From NCBI GenBank assembly GCA_049999805.1, contig JBNGIO010006268.1, positions 208,724 to 242,975 on the forward strand: a stretch of 34,252 nt of DNA, in the 5' to 3' direction. The DNA comes from Folioceros fuciformis (lineage: Eukaryota). Shown here piece by piece: positions 11,020 through 21,615 of the stretch; within the stretch, counting starts at the first letter, position 1, and each line of letters opens with the position of its first letter. The translations under genes were made by a program, and so were the position numbers. The notes under the pieces are model-generated. The model made no database searches. It was given only the letters and a program-made list of their open reading frames with translations, and was not told the DNA's origin.

Positions 11020-11486
11020 ATGAGAGGCCCCGTGCGGCTGGTTGCCACCGCCGGGGGCGTGCTGGTGGGAGGCGTCTTCGCCGTGTCTATGGTGTCCTCC
11101 GTCACAGTGCAAGCCTTCCGGTCCTTCGTGGAAGCTAAACGGGTACTTCCAGCACCTCTGATTACCAGCTCGTTTTGTTACAGTCACCTGATCGTCGCTT
11201 CCGTTTTGGCAGAGAAGAACTTCCCCGCCGTGCCAGAGGTGCAAGGGCAAAGGATTCACGTCCTGTCAGCTGTGCAAAGGCAAGTCTACCATCCAGTGGT
11301 CGCCATTGTTCGATCCCGTAGTGATGAAGCCTTGCGTGTGTCCTACCTGTGAAGGCACCAAGTAAGATTCTCCAATTTTTGCCTTCCCCAGATATCGCTG
11401 TCGCTTGTGCATGTGTGCGTCACCTAACGGACTTGTTTGGCAGGATTCAGCGGTGTCTGAACTGCGTCGGGCGCGGGTACGCTTAG
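11020..11486 (+). CDS. small DnaJ-type (CxxCxGxG) cysteine-rich zinc-finger protein, 104 aa, DnaJ-E-like, N-terminal hydrophobic segment
   Basis: Exons 11020-11142, 11213-11361, 11444-11486 (GT-AG, phase-consistent) encode MRGPVRLVATAGGVLVGGVFAVSMVSSVTVQAFRSFVEAKRRRTSPPCQRCKGKGFTSCQLCKGKSTIQWSPLFDPVVMKPCVCPTCEGTKIQRCLNCVGRGYA*. Four CxxCxG motifs, no J-domain. Confidence 0.9.
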
Positions 11487-12028
11487 GATTGTGGCGACGA
11501 GCGGGACGTTCATTTCTCAGTGTCTGAATCTGAAAATCCATCTGCCCTGCTCGGGCTTGTTTTGCTCCAGATTTGAACCAGAGGGATTAATTCATTGTGA
11601 TGCAAACGATGCAGGCCGTGAGGAACGTGATCGTCGTCTGAATCTCAGACCGTGCAAATAGATGCTGGCTTCAGTGTAGTAGGAGCGAAGAGAATTCCTG
11701 CACTGCCTGAACCTGCAATCGCCGGCGGGGTGAAGTCTTGTACCAACGTCGTTGTTCAACATATTTCTTCAAATTTCACGACCTACTAGAATTCTTGTTC
11801 AAGGAGACAATCAAGGCTAATTCAGTGGGGCTTTGCACAAAATGAGATCCGCAACACATCATCCTAAGCTTCTTACTTACTTAAAGGAATGTTTTGTAGG
11901 GCCGAGTTGTGTATTGTGTTGTGGCTTTTGCAGAAAAGTATTAATGACTAATATACATGCATGTATACATATGAAGCTTTCTATATATTGAATTTATAAT
12001 AACAAACAATTAATAAAATATGTATATA

Positions 12029-13293
12029 TAGTCAACCCTCTCTAAATATGATCTCCCTAAATGTTATATCTCTATAAGTGTTATAGGTTTGGGTAAATGT
12101 TATATCTCTATAAGTGTTACAGGTTTGGGTACTCCCTAGTTAAGGAGTAAGGGAGTACTCCTAGTTGGGAGTAAGGGAGTACTCCTAGTTGGGAGTAAGG
12201 GAGTAACGCTAAATGTTATTTTCTATAAATTTTATATGTTATTTGTTTTATGAGAATAGATACTCCCAACCATTATAGTCTAATTCTATAAATTTTAATT
12301 TAATTTTATAATATAAAATTATATATATTATGCTTAAAATAACATAGATAATATAGATATCTAACTTATCCAATCACAATGTGACAAAAAAGAGATGTAT
12401 CGATGTTAAAGAGAAAATCATCAGAAATTAATCGATATTAAAGAAAAAATCATGAGAAATTGATCGATATTAAAGAAAAAATCATGAGAAATTGATCGAT
12501 TTTAAAGAGAAAATCATCAGAAATTGATCGATGTTGAAGAGAATCATCGGAAATTGTTAGAAACACTCTAGTTATGATAAGAAAGAGCAAGTGGTAATCT
12601 GTCGGATATAGACTTGAATAACTTATAGACTTGAATAACTTAGTTTTGAGATATGAAATGTTAACAGTGATGATGAATAACAGTAAGTCAACCAAGCAAC
12701 ATGTGACCCCTATTATGTCTTCACAAGAATTTGTTGATTACGAGGTGACAAATGCATGTGCTATCTTTTCTACTTCAGGTGCAAATGATACTTGGGCTTC
12801 TGTTCAACCTCCACCCTGAAAATAAAGTTGTTGATGTTGAAAATTCTTCTACAGAATATTATCAAGAAAGGCTTATATTATATGCACTTGGGTGATACGT
12901 ATATTTTTGGAGCAACGACCAAATGATACTATGTCTTTAAGAATTTGCAACAAATTGAAAAAGAAGTTTTTTTAGCAGATTAAGTACACTTTGAAACAAG
13001 TAGAAATAATTTTTGAGGTCAATTTGAAGTTTATTTCTTATTTTATTTGTTATAAATTTATAATAATATTAATAAAATTTATTCACATAATATTTATTAA
13101 CATAATATAATATAATAATATCTATATAAAATAAATAATAATCATATATAAAATATATTTCGTAATTTTTATATGTTAAATAAATTTGAATATTTTATTT
13201 TTAATAAATACTTGAATTCTCTAATTGTTACACCTCCCTAAATGTTACCCAATGCCCTACTCCCAACGGGTAACATGTAGGGAGGGTGGACTA
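12029..13293. mobile_element. non-autonomous pogo-like (Tc1/mariner superfamily) DNA transposon
   Basis: Imperfect TIRs TAGTCAACCCTCTCTAAATATG (left) / TAGTCCACCCTCCCTACATGTT (right, reverse complement), flanked by TA on both sides and resembling CAGT..AACCTC pogo-type TIRs. Subterminal CTCCCTAAATGTTA motifs at both ends. AT-rich interior with a degenerate transposase C-terminal remnant (MSSQEFVDYE, FLEQ, KQVEIIF; ~12715-13015). Confidence 0.8.
12058..12560. repeat. internal tandem arrays of the transposon (2x36 bp, 3x24 bp, ~5x31 bp)
   Basis: TAAATGTTATATCTCTATAAGTGTTAYAGGTTTGGG x2 (12058-12129); ACTCCTAGTTGGGAGTAAGGGAGT x3 (12131-12204); AAATCAT(C/G)AGAAATTGATCGATATTAAAGAA-like x~5 (~12398-12560). 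Confidence 0.9.
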
Positions 13294-13513
13294 TATATAC
13301 ATAGATTGTATTATAAGGAATGGAAGTCGAGCAATGGTAACAGACAAACCGGGTTTTCATAAGTCCCTTCCCTTCTTGTACTTCAAAGCTTTCAACCTCC
13401 TTCCTTGTTCCAAGGGGAGCTCGCCTTTCCTTCCTTACTCAAAGACTTTGAGACTCTCCTTTCAATGTGTAGAAGAGAAGTCTCGTACTCATTGTATCAC
13501 TTGTACGATGGTG

Positions 13514-13846
13514 GCAAGCCAAGATTTCCTAGCCCTCATTGTGTGGGCAAGGACAACAAAAGAGACACAAGGAAGCTTTTGCTTTTATTCTTTGTGAGTA
13601 CAATAGAAGAGACACGAGAATGACTGCAAAGCCAAGATTTGTTAGTCCGCACTATGGTGGCGAGGACAACAAAAAGAGAGACAAGGAAGCGTTTGCTTTC
13701 ATTCTTTGTGAGTACAACACAAGAGACACGAGAATGACTGCAAGCTAAGATTTCCTAGCCCTCGCTACCTGATGAGGATAACAAAAGAGACTCAAGGAAA
13801 CCTTGGTTTTTGTTCATGGTGAGTACAATATAAGAGACATGAGAAA
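13514..13846. repeat. ~113-bp tandem repeat, 3 diverged copies
   Basis: GCAAGCCAAGATTT...GGACAACAAAAGAGA..CAAGGAAGC..TTTGTGAGTACAA..AAGAGACACGAGAATGACT repeated three times. Confidence 0.9.
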
Positions 13847-14424
13847 GCTTTCGTTCAAGACTAATACTCATGAAAGCATCTTGGATGCGAGGAAGAACAA
13901 CAACAAAATGAAGGCGAGTAGCATGTTTTCCTCACCTCTCATGATTGTTATAAGCTTGTGTTTCATTATGCTAGCGCTAACCATGCAACCTCTCACAACA
14001 ACTCCTAATTGTTAGATCTATTTCACAATGTTCTTTTGGCAGTATGTAGGTTTCCATTACCCTTTGAAGAAAAGGGCACTTGGAGTTGTTGTTGGCTTGT
14101 ATTGAATCACACCATCAAACTCCATGGACCAAGATCTATTGCACAATGCTCTTTTGGTAGTAGGGTTCCATTGTCCTTAGGAGAACACTTGGTGTAGCCC
14201 TAATTCGCACAATTTGCAACATGCGTTCATAATAAACCATGGGTTCATTGCCCCACTAATGGCTTGGATGTCCCTTCAGCAATACATAGTAAGTATATGG
14301 TGCCCCTTGTCAAGTCATTTCCAGGATGGCTGGAAGTGGTACGCAGGGGACCGACAATTGCCTGGACGTGGTATGAACGTACGTGACCGAGCTCCCACAA
14401 TCTCCTGGGCGTGGTCTCATATCC

Positions 14425-14842
14425 ATGACCGAGCTCTGTCAATCCCATCGTGTGCCGGACGAGAGACTTGGTAACGACGTGGACGTGGTACCGGCCCGAC
14501 ATCCCGATCCAGGCCGGCATCTTGGACGTCCAGGTAAACCACACACTTTTCTCTCCACTGAGTCTTCTCTCTGCGCCCCCTCCCGAAGGCTCCAAGTTAC
14601 GGAGAGTAACAGAACAGCGAAAGAAACGGAGGGGCGAGGTACAAGGCAAGAAAGTGTGCACAACCGGTGAGCCGGTGGCGGCAACCGGCTCAGCACCAGA
14701 GTACTGCTCGCTGGGCTCCTCGTATTGGCTCAAACTGCGTAATTTTTTTTGTTGTTTATGCTCCTCGCGGCAAGGCAAGGCCTGGGTCCGGGAAAGAGTC
14801 CGGGTCCGGGCTGTGGGTGATGAGAGGCCCAGCGTGCTGTGA
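14425..14842 (+). CDS. possible small basic spliced ORF (84 aa) or spliced leader/uORF of the downstream gene
   Basis: Exons 14425-14533, 14589-14666, 14775-14842 with donors GTAAAC and GTGAGC are phase-consistent. Contains RRVTEQRKKRRG (NLS-like). The first intron is only 55 nt and no homology is recognised. Confidence 0.25.
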
Positions 14843-15189
14843 GGCATCCACTCAGCCGCTGAGAGCCCAGCCCAGCCCGGACGAGGCAGATGGCCGCACA
14901 CGCAAACCGTGTTCGAAAGGGGTGAATGATACCCTAGGCGATGCTGCCAGTCCCGCCTGCTCCGCATTGGCCCAGCTCCTGCTGCAATCGCCGCTCCCCG
15001 CCATCTTCCCGCCATCGCAGCACAAGGATGAGCATCAAGCCCGCTTCTTGCTGCCCTTGCAGCATCTGAGGCCCTGGAGGTAATACAAGAAGGTCGCATT
15101 AGAGTCTTGGAGGCACGGCCAATCCGCGCTGGCGGCATCGCACTGTCTGCATTATTGCCCGGAGCAGCGCGCAGGGCAGCGGAGCAGAG

Positions 15190-18100
15190 ATGAGGGAGGA
15201 GCACCGAGGCCGGATGGAAGCTGTGGTGCGATCGCTGCAAGATGCGGACTGGAATTTCTCCAAGGCCTCCATCACCTGGACAGTGCGGAACCTCCTGGAT
15301 GTGCGTAGCGGCTGCTTGTGTTGGTGATGTGATGTCGGGTGGAGTGGGAGTGGATGATATGCTCGTTTTGTGATGCAGATATACGGGCCTAAGGCTGGCT
15401 GGAGTTATATTGAGGAGAACAACTACCAGATTGTGGTTGATTGCATCACGTCTGACAAGAAGTTGAAGCAGGTATGTGGTCAAGGTTGGGGAGTGGTCGG
15501 CAGGGTAGCGGGTGAGGGTGGTGCGTCGTGCTTAGAGGGAGCAGCGGAGGCAGGATCTGCGAGCCCCGGCTTGTGCTGCCCCCTATTGTCCCTAAGGGCT
15601 ATAACAATTTTGTGTTGACCAAGGAAGCTTCTTCCAAGGAGTTTGAATATATGTATGTATGAGCGTTTTTTATGTTGATCAGAACAAGTATCAAATGAGA
15701 TCTGGTCGAGATGGGAAGGCGGCAAATGGCCCACATGGCAGCAGAGCCCTACTGCGTGGTGCTGAAAAGGCGGCGGCAACTCTTGTGCCGTCTCAGATGG
15801 AGGAGACAGTTTTCTGCGGCTCGCCGAATGAAGGCCACTCTCCTGATTCTCCGGATATACGTTGCCATCAGAGGCACCTGTGGTCGGTCAGGTGTGGCTT
15901 GCCTAACCTGCCCTGCTTCTGGGAGCCGTATGAGGGGGAGCAGCCAGTGCTGGATGTGACTGAGGCCGAGCCGGGGCCTGGGCCTGAGCTAGGGAGTGAC
16001 GGCGACTATACGGGAAAGTCGGGTGGCGATGGGGACGCCTCCTGCGGGAGGCTTCCTGACTCTGCTGCTGAGAAAAGCGATGACAACGGTGTCCATCACA
16101 CCTCCACGAAGTCGTTTGAAGCTGGGTTCCAGGTGAAGGTTCGGGGCAAAAGATCCCGTCCATCTCTTGGAAAGGATATATTCAAGCAGACTGATGATGT
16201 TAGTGCACTGGGTTCTCCCCCTTTGGCTCAGCCAACTTGTGGGACAGAGCCCAGCAATGAAGGTTCCAGGTCTGTGGGCGAAAACCCGTCACCGAGTGTT
16301 GTGTCCAATGAAAGCGTCCACGAAGCTGGGGTTCCGACAGCTGGAGCTCCTGGACGGGCTGACATTATTGGCCAGGTTGGTCCTGACTTGCAACCTCGTC
16401 TGGACTCAATGAAGCGGTCACTCGGTTTAGCTGAAGCCCAAGCAATGCCAGAAGGAATGCTTTCCGAGGACAATGAGCTGCAGCTTGCTAGCAAGAGAAG
16501 AAAAGCAGGTGAGAACGGGCTTGGGATGCTGAGAAAAATCCGGGGCTGTACCACAGCAAGGGGTGCTATCGTGCCCCATGGTGCAAATGGAACAAGTGCC
16601 AAAGGCTTCAGCACACGAACTCATTTGGCTGAACCTACAGAGAATGCAGCAGATTTTAAAACAGACATCAGCCCAAATGTGGAGAATGTAACAGGTTCCG
16701 TCTGGCGCAATGATGCTGGACTGCAGGATGAAGGCAGCGCCCGGACCCTTGTCGGCGTGTCGAACAACACTCTAGCTTCGGTGCCACTAAGAACCGAACA
16801 GAAGTCTGTGAAACTGGCTGCACAGGAGGCACAGTTATGTAAACCCGAGCCAGTGAGGCAGGAACGTATCCCACTCCCTCCTGGACCAAAGGTTCAAACA
16901 CTAGACAGTTCGAAACCGTCATCTCTCTGCCCTCTAGACCCCGTCGAACCCAAGCCCCTATTTGACGAAAAGAAGGAATCAGGTGATCAGGGTGCGGTTC
17001 CTCTACAATCTCCCCGTCTTCCTCCTGGATTTGAGGGGAAGTTTACTTGTACGGTGTCACAAGAAGATTCATCGCTAGGCAGGAAGCTTGCTTGTGTGAA
17101 AGGATCAGAGAATGGTCCTCAGGTTTCTGCAAAGAGAGCTTCCTCTGGTGATGCGGTTGTGCAGACTACTGCATGTTCCTCTAATGGTAAAGAGCAGCTG
17201 CATAAAGATGGCTCACAGACAGATTCGGATGATGTTCCTGCGTCAGCGAGAGCACAGAACAGCCTTCCAGATTGTGCAGCACAGGCAACAGGTAGCTGTG
17301 AAGCCTATCCTGCCTCGCAGGGTGTCTCCCCACGAACGCCAAATGCCATACCAACCTGGCCAGCGACCTGGCTTCCTCCAGATTCCTCAGGTTCCCCATC
17401 TCTTTCATCTTGTAGCATCCTATCTTCTGCCCATCGACTGGGATGTTTGCTTGCTGAATCTCGGTGTCCATGCCAGGAAGCCATCCTCAACTTTCAGCTT
17501 CCAAAGCGGGCAATTCCACAAAAAATACCCTTCCTCCTACTCCGAACTGCCCTGGAGTGTGCCACCCTCCTATTGTATCAGGTACTGATACTTCCGATCT
17601 TTTTCGAGTCTTCCTGTCGCTGCTCTGCATCACGACCACCAATTTCTTTTTGTTCTATGTGAGCAGGGCCTCTATCAACTACCGATCCAGAATTGCCTCC
17701 TCTGACGGGTCCGATTCCACCGTCGTTGACTGGAACGTTAAGAGGAATGCTGTCTGGGAGCCCAACTCCTAACGTTTCACCTCTTGACCATGGCGAGAAT
17801 GTGAATGTCGTATGTCCACCTGCTACTGCCTGCCCTGGTCTCTCAGCTCCTGCTGGTCCCTCTTCTTCTGGTGCTTGTGCTTTCACTCCTGTGGGTGGCA
17901 CAACCCCATCACCTCGAAAGCAGAGTGTGGCTCAACCATCTCATATGAGTGTGGGTAAGCAGAAGGTACCTGAAAGCTCGTCAGCTAGCACACCTGTCGC
18001 GGTTGAAGTGCATGGGAACGTACCTGGACGTGCAGTTCTCATCGACGGGAGAGGAGCAGGGTCTTCGGGAGATATTGTTACCGGCAGTGGCATGTCGTCG

Positions 18101-21100
18101 CACTTGGCTGATCCAATAAGGTCTGTCTACCTGGGAAAAATTCCCAAGGGACTAAAGGATATCGAGGCGTCTGTAAGAGAGGTTGTGCGCGCGTTATTAA
18201 ACTCCTTCGAATTTGTCCCGCAGAAGATTGCTCGTCTGGAAGAGTTCTATCTACGCGAGAGGCCCACTTGGAATTTCGGGTTTGTCGAATTTTCTACACC
18301 GAAGGTGGCTATGGTTTTCCTTGATGCTTGTCAAGCTGATCCAGGCGCATTACCTTTGAATGGGGGTTACTTGAAGGTAGGAAGGAACAACCAGGATCTC
18401 AGTGGTGACACCTTACAGCGGAACAAGCTTTTCCCTCAAACTAGAGACCGGGACCTGGATCCTGTGAAGGTCATTTATGTCGGCAATGTTACCCCAAAGT
18501 GGCAAGACGAGACGGCCCTGAGACGCTATTTCTCGAACATTTTGAAGGGCTCAGATGAACACTTGAATAGCGACCTTGTGCGAGCAGTCTATCTCCTTCC
18601 TTCGCAATCTGACGCGTATCTCGAGCTTTTCTCAGAGCATTTGGCGGATTCTTTGATTTACAAGTGCATGAAGGATCCGAAGCTACTGGAGGTATTGGGT
18701 GAAAACACATTCTTCTGTCGTCATCCTAAATGGGTTCCACTATGTGCTGCGCGATTTGTGCGAAGGCGGCGTTCTGCTCCGCACAGTATATTCCTTCGGG
18801 AGATTGTACCGGTCAAGGAATTTTGTGACCAAAGTACTCTCCATTTGGCTCAGCTTCCCATTAAAGGTGACGGCTATTACTTCAGGCAAAGGCTCCAGGA
18901 TTTGTTTGAAGCAGTTCTACGAACTTTGAGTATAGAAAAAAAGATTCATGGAAGCATCAGGAACTTTTCTTGGCCTCCCGGAAAACCCTTCGCTTATATC
19001 GACTTTGATTCAGAGGAGGTAGCGGACGCCATAATGGACCAGTACATTGACAAAGTGCAGAGCTTTTGTGTAAAAGACATGTCACTTCTTATCTTTAGGC
19101 ACCAGAAGTATATTCGTCCTGGTGCAATATATAGGCATTCCGCAAGAAATGTTGATCCAGTTTCTGGAAGAGCTTTTGAAGATGACCTCGAGAGGAGGGC
19201 AGGTGTTTTTGAGGACGTTGAGCACGGGTCTGAAGTAGACACTGGTCCATCTGATTCTGCTGGCAGGAAGGCGCTCAAATCGGAGAAAACCAATTCCCCG
19301 AGCGTTTCGGGCTCTCTGATGGGGCCAAACGATTGTGCCAGTAGCACTCTTCACTCAAATTTCTTCAGGGAAATGAAGCGCTCGCAACTGGAGGGACCCA
19401 AAAGGCTGACTTTGAAAGGATTGGCCCGAGGGGCATTTGAGCCTGCACTAAGAGGAGCTCTGAATGAGTTGTTTGAGAGAGCCCTGTGCGAGTCCGGTGT
19501 GCTGGAGCCTGAAATGCAAGTTGTAAGGAGCGTAACACTTGGGTCTGAGCCATATGTGACGGTCAGTGGGTCTGACGTGGCTCGAGCCCTTCTGCAATGC
19601 CGTATGCCACTCAAGCTGGGAGGAGAAAGGCTGACTCTTCATCCCTTGAAAATTGAGAGTCGAGGTCAAACAGCTTTGGATGCCCATAAGAAAATTCCAA
19701 GTTTTGAGCAGGGTGGACCTCAGGGTCCATCGGATCCCACCTCTATGAGACCACGCTGGGTATCTCCTAGAGCCAGCGGACAGTTGGCACCTCTGCTTGG
19801 TGGTTGGGGTGCAGAGCCTTGGGGCCGACCGTCCCACAGATTTGGACCACCAGTCGCTCCAGACGCCTCGTTTCCTAGAGGTATGGGGCCTCCCCCGCCA
19901 CCATATCCTCCAGACTGTGGCAGGCCCGCTGCACCAAGGGTTCCTCCATTTTGCTCACCGCCACCAGGGTATTCAGATCCACCTGGAGGGCTTTTAGTGC
20001 CGCCTTGGAGGCCAGGACCTCATCCTACATGGCATTACGAAGGCAGTCCTGAGCACGTAGGTCATCAAAGTACTAATTCTGAAGCACTCAGAGGTCAAGA
20101 AACTAAGTCCTCAGATGCCGAATTTGCTGGGGTTCCCCCACATAACAGGAGGAGAAGTTCTTTGGAGGGACGGCTCGAGTCTGACGATTCTAGACAGAAG
20201 AAGCCTCGAATACAAGACAGCACAGAAGTTGTAGTGGACAAGAGCATTGGTGGTTGGTTGGAGGCGGAGGAGGATGATGAGGACGGAAAGCCTTTGCCAT
20301 CTAATTTATTGCAAGATAAGGATCCTGGAATCCCAGAAGATACCGCCCAGCATCTTCAAGTTTCCATCGGAGATGTAGGTGCCATGCGACGCAACTCCGG
20401 TGAAACCAAGAAAGCTTCAAGTCAACAGGGAAGCTTGGTATGTGGAGCTGGGGTGGTTGACTGCGACAGGGACCGCGAGGGGGATCCAGGGTTTGCTGTA
20501 AACGAGCTAGAAGACAAATTGCTGACCAGAACTTTTGTCACAACAAGCGGATGTCACCCGGGGGTGAAGTTGGACTCTGATGATAAGAAGCATGCAAGAC
20601 AGCCTGGCCAAGGAGGACCTGGCCTTCCTGGAGCCGAGCCGAATTCTGTAGTCCAGCTTGAATGCATTAAGGATGAAGACATGAAGCTAAAACCGGCCTT
20701 AAAGGACGCTCCCTGTACCGTGGATTCAGCATGCAGGAATAGCCCGCCTCGTCAACGTGATGTACTGCAGTTTGATCTGAACGAGATAATGGTCGAAAGT
20801 CCTGATGGGCCAACCCCAGTCCGCGATGAGTGTGTGGAGCCACCTGGCAGCCTGCCCAACAAGAAGGGCACCAGTCACCAGTCTGGCAGAGACGCAGACT
20901 TGGAGCACAAACGACCTTCTTCAGCAGAGAAAGGAACATCTAAACAGCAGTCTCTTGACTACAAGAGAAGAGATGATGAATCACCATCTCGCTGGTCACC
21001 ATCGAGGGACAGCCGACGGAGTCACACTTGGCACCGTGATGACAGAAGGTCCGACCGAAGTGATACTGACCACCCGCGGAGGACCTTTGATGAGCCCAGG

Positions 21101-21343
21101 CTCTACAGGAAGAGTAGTAGGCATGACTCCGATGATCGAAGACCAAAGCACAGTTCTCTTCACAGGTCCAGTACCATGCCTCGACCCAGCTCTAGTCTTT
21201 GGCCAGATGTCAGAATCTCAGACGAAGACAGGCAACAGTTTAGAGACGCCAGGAGCGTAGACGAGGACAGACACTTATACAGACGAAACCGCAGCTTTGA
21301 TGAGGTGAGAGATGCTCGCAGGCGTTACCGTCCCGAAAGATAA
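15190..21343 (+). CDS. large (~1897 aa) protein: N-terminal WIYLD domain, long disordered region, four U2AF65-like RRMs, Pro-rich segment, RS/RD-rich C-terminus
   Basis: Exons 15190-15300, 15379-15471, 15683-17390, 17477-17581, 17667-21343 (all GT-AG, phase-consistent, 5694 nt) join ORFs 15659..17662 and 17693..21343. N-terminus RMEAVVRSLQDADWNFSKASITWTVRNLLDIYGPKAGWSYIEENNYQIVVDCI fits the WIYLD pattern. RRM-like units at ~18118, ~18466, ~18832, ~19400 (e.g. SVYLGKIP..NFGFVEF; VIYVGNV; LHLAQLP..KPFAYIDF). Confidence 0.82.
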
Positions 21344-21615
21344 CGTTGGTTTTCTCACACTTTCCACATCTGTGTCTGAAGTGCACTTCAGGTCTGGTTC
21401 GGTCCTGTACACCAGCCGTTAAACACGTCTCCTCCCACTCCACGATTTGAATTCGCGAACGGGAGTGACAAGCGCGGGCCCGCCACCGTTAATATTAAAA
21501 CTGAAGCTTCCCCTTTGCAATCCGATGAGCCCCTGAGTGGTAGTAACATACAGTATGAAGCAGCGAAGCCCCGAAGCGACGCCGACAGGAAGATGAATTT
21601 CTGAATCGTTTCAGA

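Noticed and set aside
12398-12560. Regularly spaced ~31-bp repeats resembling a CRISPR array
   Set aside because: Head-to-tail units without unique spacers, inside a transposon in eukaryotic DNA, and no cas genes.
14245-15483. 412-aa minus-strand ORF
   Set aside because: Non-ATG start, low-complexity GC-rich translation, antisense to the WIYLD exons, no recognisable domain.
17660-17662. In-frame TGA between the 667-aa and 1216-aa ORFs, suggesting stop read-through or selenocysteine
   Set aside because: The TGA falls inside a canonical GT-AG intron (17582-17666), and a phase-consistent spliced model bypasses it.
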